In this document: one piece after another, positions 49,596 through 57,314 of the stretch | Position numbering within the stretch: the first letter of the stretch is position 1 | How the letters are laid out: each line of letters begins with the position of its first letter | Assembly (NCBI GenBank): GCA_014297435.1 | Contig: JACOQA010000003.1 | Span: forward strand, 1-64,000 | DNA length: 64,000 bases | Direction of reading: 5' to 3' | From: Candidatus Nanohaloarchaea archaeon | Lineage (GTDB): Archaea; Nanohalarchaeota; Nanosalinia; Nanosalinales; Nanosalinaceae | Notes under the pieces: generated by a model | Told to the model about the DNA's origin: nothing | Seen by the model: the letters and a program-made list of their open reading frames with translations, nothing else | Database searches by the model: none | Program-made: the position numbers and the translations under genes

Positions 49596-50079
49596 ACCAG
49601 AGAATGAGAAGCAGAGAAAGCTTCTAGAGACCTCGAAGTTTATAGGTAAGCTTGTTCTGGCCGGAATCATATTTCAAATACTGCTGTTTTTGGGAGTGGA
49701 TCTTGAGCCGTTCCAGGAACTCCTTGCCCATATAACGTCCAGTTTGTTGAGTTTTCTGGGAATTGATTTCACAGTACAGGGCTATCTTTTGGTTGGTGAG
49801 ACCGTTGATTATCTAATAACAAGAGACTGTACGGGCTGGAAGTCCGTAGCCGCTTTTACAGGTCTAATGTTCGCCTCAGAAGGTCACAGAAACTGGAAAT
49901 ATCTGGCATCAGGAGTCTTATTGATACAGCTGGTAAATGTCTTGAGAATAGTGACAACGGTATATCTTAGTTATACTGGTATAATCTCTTTCGACATTAT
50001 CCACTCGATTTTCTGGAGGTGGGGATTGACATTCGTAGTGCTTGTTCTGTGGGGGCTATGGTTGTTTGAAAGCCGTTAA
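49588..50079 (+). CDS. archaeosortase/exosortase-family protein
   Basis: ITRDCTGW (Cys), NVLRI (Arg), IIHS (His) in a multi-TM context. Confidence 0.85.
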   Translation: MFEPENEKQRKLLETSKFIGKLVLAGIIFQILLFLGVDLEPFQELLAHITSSLLSFLGIDFTVQGYLLVGETVDYLITRDCTGWKSVAAFTGLMFASEGHRNWKYLASGVLLIQLVNVLRIVTTVYLSYTGIISFDIIHSIFWRWGLTFVVLVLWGLWLFESR

Positions 50080-50122
50080 GGGCTTGGGAAGCTTTAAATA
50101 CAAGTGTTTATAACTGGATTCT

Positions 50123-50560
50123 ATGAGAAGAAAAGGTATTTCTCCTTTGATCGCTGCAGTCCTTCTTATTGCTTTCACAATGGCTGTGGCATCTCTATTT
50201 GCCCAGTGGGCACCTCAGCTGATGAAGAACGTTCAGGGAGACACCAGTGACAGAGCTGGAGACATCCCAGGTTGTTCGACAATCAGCCTTTCACTGTCCA
50301 ACTATAATGAGTCCGCTGTTACAGTACAGCAGGAAAAAGGACAAGAACCAGCTGGCAACGTCTCAGTGACATGGCAGTTTGATGGTCAATCGCCGGCACA
50401 GGAGTACATCCAATTATCGGATGGACCTACTGACATCGAGGTTGCTTACAACAACGCTTCTGGAGAAGTCAACGAAGGTACCGTCACAGAGATCTCGGCT
50501 ACGCCGATCGAATGTGAGGGTGCTGGTAGTTCCACTTGGACAAACCAATCCTCGAGTTAG
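50123..50560 (+). CDS. archaeal type IV pilin (class III signal peptide)
   Basis: MRRKG|ISPLIAAVLLIAFTMAVA; Cys pair; TTTAAATA box upstream. Confidence 0.92.
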   Translation: MRRKGISPLIAAVLLIAFTMAVASLFAQWAPQLMKNVQGDTSDRAGDIPGCSTISLSLSNYNESAVTVQQEKGQEPAGNVSVTWQFDGQSPAQEYIQLSDGPTDIEVAYNNASGEVNEGTVTEISATPIECEGAGSSTWTNQSSS

Positions 50561-50633
50561 GGCAAATAGTTATTTTCCCAAATTTTTTTCTCAAACTACT
50601 GGCTTTTTATTCCAGCCTCTATAATACAGAGGT

Positions 50634-51911
50634 ATGTCAAATGGAGTCTCGGACGATGTGAGCAGGGAAAAGCTCGAAAACGAGCTCAAAGGTATTGAAA
50701 CTTCTATTGAGGAGCTCCAAGAGCGTATAAGTGATATTGAAGACCGAGACATGATGGCTCAACTCGAATCTCTTTCTATTGAAGACGAAGTAAATGAGAT
50801 AGAGGAAATGCTCAATCACATGGACAAGGAAGAGCTAGAAAAACGGCTCAACATGGTTGAACAGATTAAAGAGGAATATCAAGAAGGAAAAGTACACGAG
50901 AAACTGGAGTACCTCTATGAGCAGATAAAAGAGATGAGAGAGAAAGAGTTTGAAGCACCTGAAATAGGTGAGGAGTTTGAAGAAAGATTAGAGGAAGTCG
51001 AACAGAAGGTGGAAAATGTTGAATCAGACTCTTCTATGCCAGAAAAATACAGAAAAGCTGTAAGATCTAACTATGAACAGATTAAGAATCTTAAACAGGA
51101 TGTTACAGAAGAAGGTTCCGGATCAGTAAGCCAGGAGAAACTTGAAAGAATAGAATCGAAGCTACAAGAATTAGAGCGGATGAAGGCAGGCTCTCAAGAA
51201 ACAGTAACTGTCGAAGAACCTGAAAGTAACCAGAACATGTCCGCTATAGAGTTCGATCTTAAGTCGATCAAATCCCGACTAGCGGAGGTAGAGAAACACG
51301 GCGCAGGCTCTAAAATCGACGAAGCCAATATAACCGAACTGAGGAAGAAAGTCAAAAGGCTCGAGAAAAGATTAGATCAACAGAACATCACTGAAGAAGA
51401 TCTTAACGATAGAACTGAGATTTTAAGACATGAGATGGATGATAAGTTAAGACGGATCGAATCCGAGCTTGAAAGAGCAGAGAGAAACGGAAAAGAAAGA
51501 ATAGAAAGCATGGAGCAACTTCTGCAGGAAAAAGTTCTTGATGAGTTTGAAGGTGAGGATGAGCTAGGCTCCAAGCTCGATAATTTAACAGAAGTTATCT
51601 CGGAAAACCAAGAATATATTGAGAAGCTGGAACAAAAGATTGCGGAATTAGAGAAGGAAAGATCTGAACTAGTTGAGCGAGAATCCGAGGTTGAGTCTGA
51701 AAAAGTAAAAGCGATGAGAGAAAGAATCGAAGAGCTAGAAAAGCGTACAGAAGAAGAACGGAGTCCTGACAGAGAGCCTAAAACCCTTGAAGAGAAGATA
51801 GACAACCTCGCAGAACATGTACTAAGGAATCAGGAGAAGATACACGATCTTGAGATGAAGATGGAATCAGATTCTGGCACCAGCCAAAGCGATGTAACAA
51901 TTATAAGCTGA
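50634..51911 (+). CDS. long coiled-coil acidic protein
   Basis: continuous E/K/L heptads, no TM segment. Confidence 0.8.
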   Translation: MSNGVSDDVSREKLENELKGIETSIEELQERISDIEDRDMMAQLESLSIEDEVNEIEEMLNHMDKEELEKRLNMVEQIKEEYQEGKVHEKLEYLYEQIKEMREKEFEAPEIGEEFEERLEEVEQKVENVESDSSMPEKYRKAVRSNYEQIKNLKQDVTEEGSGSVSQEKLERIESKLQELERMKAGSQETVTVEEPESNQNMSAIEFDLKSIKSRLAEVEKHGAGSKIDEANITELRKKVKRLEKRLDQQNITEEDLNDRTEILRHEMDDKLRRIESELERAERNGKERIESMEQLLQEKVLDEFEGEDELGSKLDNLTEVISENQEYIEKLEQKIAELEKERSELVERESEVESEKVKAMRERIEELEKRTEEERSPDREPKTLEEKIDNLAEHVLRNQEKIHDLEMKMESDSGTSQSDVTIIS

Positions 51912-52782
51912 GTATAAACGCGATTACTGAAAGACCGCCTATACCAAGTTCTGTTAGGAGAAGTGCGGCAGGGAACACCGGTATAAACCTTACACCTGTC
52001 TTTATACGGACCTTGTCTTTGTCTATAGAATTAATTTGTTCCTCCGTAATGCCTTTCACCTTTCCTCCCTGCTCCTCTGTATCGTCGAGAACATCTCCAG
52101 GCTCCAGATCTGAAACAGGTATCTTCTTTGTCATCAAGTCATCCTGTATAACTTTGAGATATCTGTAGAGAAATATCAGACCGAGTAAAATACCGAAGTA
52201 AAGAAGACTGACATAAAATCCTGTGACAGACATAAAGGCGGAGAGCAGCCCTGCGAACATTATCTCCATTGATATTCTTTTTTCCTGGGTTCTTACCGTC
52301 TTCCAGGTCTTCGAGAGAGCGTTGTTGCCTGTTGAAATATAGAATGCGTACCCTAAGCTGTAGATCATCCCAAGGAATAGTATGTTCAGAAATATGCTGA
52401 TTCCGAAAGATATTCCTGTACCCGAAATTGCGTAAGGTGTTCCAAAGCCGATCACGCTCATCGCAAATGCGTCAGCGCCACCCCACATACCTAAGAAGTA
52501 TAGTCCCCAGCCGTAAACCGAAAATGCTGCTCCGGCTCCGATCGACCAGAGAAGTGGGTCTCCAAGCGCCTGAAACCATATCAAAGGATCAGATAAAAGA
52601 GTAGCAAGGTTTGTTAATACAGCAAAATCCATGTGAGGGATTGAAGCCGTCAAATGCAGTCCTAGACCAGCTAAAACACCAACTATTGAGACTGTATCCG
52701 GGACTTCTGTGGTTTTCAGGTCGAACACCGCAGCCACTGAAAGCACAATAAACGCTATAGTATGGGACGCGGCTATGTACAT
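51901..52782 (-). CDS. A24 prepilin/preflagellin peptidase
   Basis: AVFDLKTTEVPD, MWGGADA, RFIPVF. Confidence 0.9.
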   Translation of the reverse strand: MYIAASHTIAFIVLSVAAVFDLKTTEVPDTVSIVGVLAGLGLHLTASIPHMDFAVLTNLATLLSDPLIWFQALGDPLLWSIGAGAAFSVYGWGLYFLGMWGGADAFAMSVIGFGTPYAISGTGISFGISIFLNILFLGMIYSLGYAFYISTGNNALSKTWKTVRTQEKRISMEIMFAGLLSAFMSVTGFYVSLLYFGILLGLIFLYRYLKVIQDDLMTKKIPVSDLEPGDVLDDTEEQGGKVKGITEEQINSIDKDKVRIKTGVRFIPVFPAALLLTELGIGGLSVIAFILSL

Positions 52783-52822
52783 ACTAGTCTTTAAGTTCAC
52801 TCGGAGTTATAAACTGTACAGT

Positions 52823-53281
52823 ATGAGGGATGTAGAGCTTCTTATTGACCCTGTCGCCGGGACTATCGTTGAGTCGGTTGACTCAGGTTCAGAAAATGTT
52901 GAAGTATTGTCAGATAAGCTGGGTGTAAGCGAAAAACGTCTTAGAAAAGCTGTAGACAGTCTGACAAGAGAAGGATTACTGAAAAGATCTGGCGACAACC
53001 TGGAGCTTAATGATGCCCAGATTAAGAAATTAAATCAGTATCTTTCCGAAGAGATTGACAAGGAACAGAGATTTATTGAGGAAAAATTTCTTGGAGGCTC
53101 AATAGACTTGGAAGAGTACAGATCTATGAACACGGATCTTGATTTTTCAGCAGTCGAGTTTCTTGAAAACGAAGAGAGTTCATCGGAAGCAATATCTGAA
53201 AACAATGACTCATCAGTGAATCACGAGTTTAGAGCAAAGAAGAAGGCTTTTGATACGACTGAACAGCTTCTTAATTCCTGA
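52823..53281 (+). CDS. winged helix-turn-helix protein
   Basis: VEVLSDKLGVSEKRLRKAVDSLTREGLL. Confidence 0.78.
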   Translation: MRDVELLIDPVAGTIVESVDSGSENVEVLSDKLGVSEKRLRKAVDSLTREGLLKRSGDNLELNDAQIKKLNQYLSEEIDKEQRFIEEKFLGGSIDLEEYRSMNTDLDFSAVEFLENEESSSEAISENNDSSVNHEFRAKKKAFDTTEQLLNS

Positions 53282-53346
53282 AAAAGGTTTTTCCACTTCT
53301 AAATCACAACGCTCTTTTTAAATGGAAGCCTGAAGAAATCGTAGAC

Positions 53347-55875
53347 ATGAACAACGTGCTCTGGTTCGATGAGATCGATTCCGACGACACCGCAAAGGTC
53401 GGAGGTAAAAGCGCAAACCTGGGAGAACTCAGCAACAACGTCAACGTACCTGTACTTCCGGGCTTCGCGACAACCGCTGACGCATACGATACCTTCATCA
53501 AGGAAACCGGACTGAAGGAAAAGATCGAAAGACTGATCGATGGAATGGACATAGATGACATTAACAGCCTTCAGAGAACAGGAAAACAGATCAGAGCACA
53601 TATCAAAGAAGCAGAGATGCCGGAATCCCTCAGAAAAGACTTCATTAAATCATACGAAGAACTCGAGGAGGATTTAGGAGTAGAAAATCCGGAAGTTGCA
53701 GTAAGATCTTCAGCAACAGCCGAAGACCTGCCCGGAGCTTCGTTTGCAGGTCAACAGGAAACCTATCTAAACGTTTCCGGCAAACAAGACCTAATTAAAA
53801 GAATTAAGGACTGTTTCGCCTCCCTCTTCACAAATCGAGCGATTTCATACAGAGAGGACAAGGGATTCTCACACTTCGACGTCAAGCTTTCTGCAGTAGT
53901 ACAGAAAATGGGTCGTTCAGATATTGGAGCAGCAGGAGTCATGTTCACACTCGACCCTGACTCAGGATTCGAAAACGTAGTAACTATCAACGGTAGCTAC
54001 GGTCTCGGAGAATACGTTGTACTGGGAGAGGTCAACCCAGACGAGTTCACAGTATTCAAGGAGAACATGGGAATAATCGAAAGAAAACTGGGTGATAAAG
54101 AAGTCAAACTTGTCAGAAACGAAGATCATGAGAAAGGTGACAACCAGGAGAACGTCGAGAAAAACGTTCCGATGAACGACAGAGAAAAGTTCTGCATAAC
54201 CGATAACCAGGTGAAGGAGCTTGCTAACTATGCCGTAGAGATTGAAGAACACTACGGAAAGCCTATGGATATTGAATGGGTTTACGATGGTCAGACAAAA
54301 GAGCTTTACATTGTCCAGGCAAGACCTGAAACTGTTCAGGCAGAGAAAGATGAAAACGTAATCGAAGACTACAAGTTGAAGGAGGAATCAGAAGTCTTGC
54401 TTGAAGGAGAAGCCATCGGATCAAAGATCGGTTCCGGCAAGGCTCACGTCCTTGACAGCCCGAAGCAGATCGACCAGTTCGAGGAAGGCGAAGTGTTAGT
54501 TACTGACATGACCGACCCTGACTGGGAACCGATCATGAAGAAGGCTGGCGCAATTATAACCAACAAAGGTGGAAGAACTTCTCACGCTGCAATTGTTTCG
54601 AGAGAGATCGGGGTTCCCGCAGTTATTGGTACGGAGAACGCAACATCTCAGTTGAAGGACGATCAATCAGTAACCGTTGACTGTTCTAGTTCTACTGGAA
54701 AAGTTTGGGAGAAAGAGTTAGAGTTCGAGGTCCAGGAACACCATATCGACAGTATTCCGGAGACAGAGACCGATGTGCAGCTGAATATTGGGGAGCCAAG
54801 TGAAGCTTTCCATTTGGCACAGTTGCCTGTCGACGGTGTTGGACTCGCTAGAGAGGAGTTCATAATTTCCTCCCACGTCGGAGAGCATCCTCTCAAACTT
54901 ATTGAGGAGGATCGTGAGGAGGAATATACTCAAGCTCTTAGATCCGGTATCGGAAAGATCGCGGCAGCATTCTATCCGGACCAGGTTGTCGTACGTTTGA
55001 GCGATTTCAAGTCGGACGAGTACGCACAGCTTGAAGGCGGAGAAGATTACGAACCTGACGAAGCCAACCCTATGATAGGGTTTAGAGGCGCCTCACGTTA
55101 CTATGATGAGCAGTTCGCTAGGGCGTTCGAACTCGAATGTAAAGCACTGCGAAAATGTGTTGATGAGTTAGATCTGGATAACCTTACTGTGATGGTGCCT
55201 TTCTGCCGCACAGTACAGGAAGGAAAGAACGTCCGTGCCAAGATGAAGGAGTACGGACTGGATCAAGGCGACATCAACGTGTATGTCATGGCTGAGATAC
55301 CTGCAAACATCATCAGAGCCGAAGAGTTTGCCCAGGTGTTCGATGGTTTCTCGATCGGTACAAACGACCTGACCCAGTTAACTCTAGGAGTTGATAGGAA
55401 TTCGGATAAACTGGCAGAACTATTTGATGAAAGAGATCCTGCAGTTAAAGAATCTGTCAGAAAGCTTATTGGAAAAGCTCATTCCGAGAACGCACACGTG
55501 GGAATCTGTGGAGATGCACCTTCGACACACGAAGGATACGCAGAGTTCCTTGTCGGACAGGGAATCGACGCAGTCTCGGTATCTCCGGACGTGGCACTCG
55601 AAACAGTCATGAAGGTTGCCGAAGCTGAAGAAGATCTGGATGACGAAATCAGTTACGAGTTTTCGGTGGATGCGATGATCGGTACACCTGCTGGAAACGT
55701 CTATGAGACTTTGAAGAGTCATGGAACAGCTTCTGCTGAGAAGCTTATGGATTATACTTCGAAGAAGGTTGATGGAAAAAGTTTGAACCAGGCATTAGGT
55801 TGGCTGGCGAAAGAAGGAAAGGTAAAGGCGGAGAACCACGACGGCAAAGTGGTTTACCGGCTCGATGAGAGCTAG
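53347..55875 (+). CDS. ppsA: phosphoenolpyruvate synthase with C-terminal winged-helix extension
   Basis: VGGKSANLGE, RSSATAED, SFAGQ, QARPET, GGRTSHAAI, GVGLAR, SIGTNDLTQ. Confidence 0.96.
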   Translation: MNNVLWFDEIDSDDTAKVGGKSANLGELSNNVNVPVLPGFATTADAYDTFIKETGLKEKIERLIDGMDIDDINSLQRTGKQIRAHIKEAEMPESLRKDFIKSYEELEEDLGVENPEVAVRSSATAEDLPGASFAGQQETYLNVSGKQDLIKRIKDCFASLFTNRAISYREDKGFSHFDVKLSAVVQKMGRSDIGAAGVMFTLDPDSGFENVVTINGSYGLGEYVVLGEVNPDEFTVFKENMGIIERKLGDKEVKLVRNEDHEKGDNQENVEKNVPMNDREKFCITDNQVKELANYAVEIEEHYGKPMDIEWVYDGQTKELYIVQARPETVQAEKDENVIEDYKLKEESEVLLEGEAIGSKIGSGKAHVLDSPKQIDQFEEGEVLVTDMTDPDWEPIMKKAGAIITNKGGRTSHAAIVSREIGVPAVIGTENATSQLKDDQSVTVDCSSSTGKVWEKELEFEVQEHHIDSIPETETDVQLNIGEPSEAFHLAQLPVDGVGLAREEFIISSHVGEHPLKLIEEDREEEYTQALRSGIGKIAAAFYPDQVVVRLSDFKSDEYAQLEGGEDYEPDEANPMIGFRGASRYYDEQFARAFELECKALRKCVDELDLDNLTVMVPFCRTVQEGKNVRAKMKEYGLDQGDINVYVMAEIPANIIRAEEFAQVFDGFSIGTNDLTQLTLGVDRNSDKLAELFDERDPAVKESVRKLIGKAHSENAHVGICGDAPSTHEGYAEFLVGQGIDAVSVSPDVALETVMKVAEAEEDLDDEISYEFSVDAMIGTPAGNVYETLKSHGTASAEKLMDYTSKKVDGKSLNQALGWLAKEGKVKAENHDGKVVYRLDES

Positions 55876-56285
55876 CGGAGTGTTACTATTCTTCTTTCCG
55901 CTACTTCTCCATCATGTACAACTGAGAGAATGTAGTTGCCAGGTCCAGGCTTGCTATCAGTTTCTACATCGTAGACTACTGATGCCAGGCAGTTATAGTA
56001 GAAGCTCTCTGGTTCTTCTACGTCACTAACGTCAACCTCTAAAGTTATTCTGTTGCTGCTTACTGAGTACGAGACCTTTGGTTCTTGTTGAATATTGTTT
56101 ACTGGGAAGTTTCCGGAAAACCTCAGGCTGTCCGCCTTTATATCTACTGTCTGACCAGGACTGTTTCTGTACTGGCATTCTGTTTCGAGATCTTTCACAT
56201 TCATGCTTGTACCGTTGCCGGCGAATAGCACCATTATTACTCCGATCACGAAAACTGATGTTACCACGATCCAGAACTTATCCAT
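55872..56285 (-). CDS. N-anchored exported hypothetical protein
   Basis: TM helix followed by a beta domain with two Cys. Confidence 0.75.
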   Translation of the reverse strand: MDKFWIVVTSVFVIGVIMVLFAGNGTSMNVKDLETECQYRNSPGQTVDIKADSLRFSGNFPVNNIQQEPKVSYSVSSNRITLEVDVSDVEEPESFYYNCLASVVYDVETDSKPGPGNYILSVVHDGEVAERRIVTLR

Positions 56286-56391
56286 AATTACTGCTTGTTG
56301 GTAAAGAATTATATAGATGGCTGGAAAACAGCGTAAGAAACCCTTCAAACAGCACTTGATTTATTAACAGGCTCGCACAATTGTTCCGTAT

Positions 56392-57174
56392 ATGGACAGA
56401 GGTCGTGTAATCGGACTGATCTCCGGAAAAGGCGGAGTAGGAAAGACCAGCCTAGGAGTCAACCTGGGAATAGGCCTCTCAGAGTTCGGACAGGAAGTAA
56501 CAGTAGTCGACGCAGACTTCTCAGCATCAAACCTGGGAGTACACCTAGGAAAGTACGAACATCCTGTCAAAGTACAACACGTTCTTGACGGAAACTCAGA
56601 TCCAGAAAACGCAATATTCAGACACCCCAGCGGAATAAAGGCAGCGGTATCTTCTAACGAAATACATCATGTAGAACCCGAAGCCGGTAACCTCGCGCAC
56701 CTATTGAACGAGGCAGCACAGAATTCAGACTATGTGATTGTGGACTGCCCGCCAGGACTAAACTCGACGGTTGAGAAAGTTATGGAGTCATGCGATGAGC
56801 TCATCATAATCACGATGCCGACACAGACCTCAGGTATTAATGCGGCGCAGATAATAGAAAAGGCCAAACAGATGCGGCAGCCAATCCTGGGGACAGTGAT
56901 CAACATGTCAGAAGGTGAGCCCGACAGAGAACTTATCCAGAGAGAAGTCGAGATGATGACCGAATCGGATACAATTGCCGAGATACCATACGATGAGAAG
57001 GTGAAGGAAAGCCTTTTCCAGAACACTCCGCTTCTAAAGCACGAACCCTTATCTGAGGCATCGATCGAGATCAAAAAGCTGGCTGCAGCACTGGAAGGAG
57101 TCCAGTATGAAGAACCTAGGTTTGCAGGTTTGAAAAGAAAGCTGAATAACATTACCGATACTCTGAAGAAATAG
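56392..57174 (+). CDS. minD: MinD/ParA-family ATPase
   Basis: SGKGGVGKT, VDADF, VDCPPG, IPYD. Confidence 0.9.
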   Translation: MDRGRVIGLISGKGGVGKTSLGVNLGIGLSEFGQEVTVVDADFSASNLGVHLGKYEHPVKVQHVLDGNSDPENAIFRHPSGIKAAVSSNEIHHVEPEAGNLAHLLNEAAQNSDYVIVDCPPGLNSTVEKVMESCDELIIITMPTQTSGINAAQIIEKAKQMRQPILGTVINMSEGEPDRELIQREVEMMTESDTIAEIPYDEKVKESLFQNTPLLKHEPLSEASIEIKKLAAALEGVQYEEPRFAGLKRKLNNITDTLKK

Positions 57175-57314
57175 ACTTCTTGCCTTCTATAAACAATAAT
57201 TAACCTACTATAGTTATGGTAATCGAAGAAGCACGAAAATTATAGAGCTAAAAATTTACAGTAACATAATTTTCACCAACTTAATCAACTAACATCTATA
57301 GTTGACTAGAAAGA

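Noticed and set aside
50634-51911. SMC/Rad50 or crescentin-like cytoskeletal protein
   Set aside because: No Walker motifs, hinge or zinc hook; only generic coiled coil
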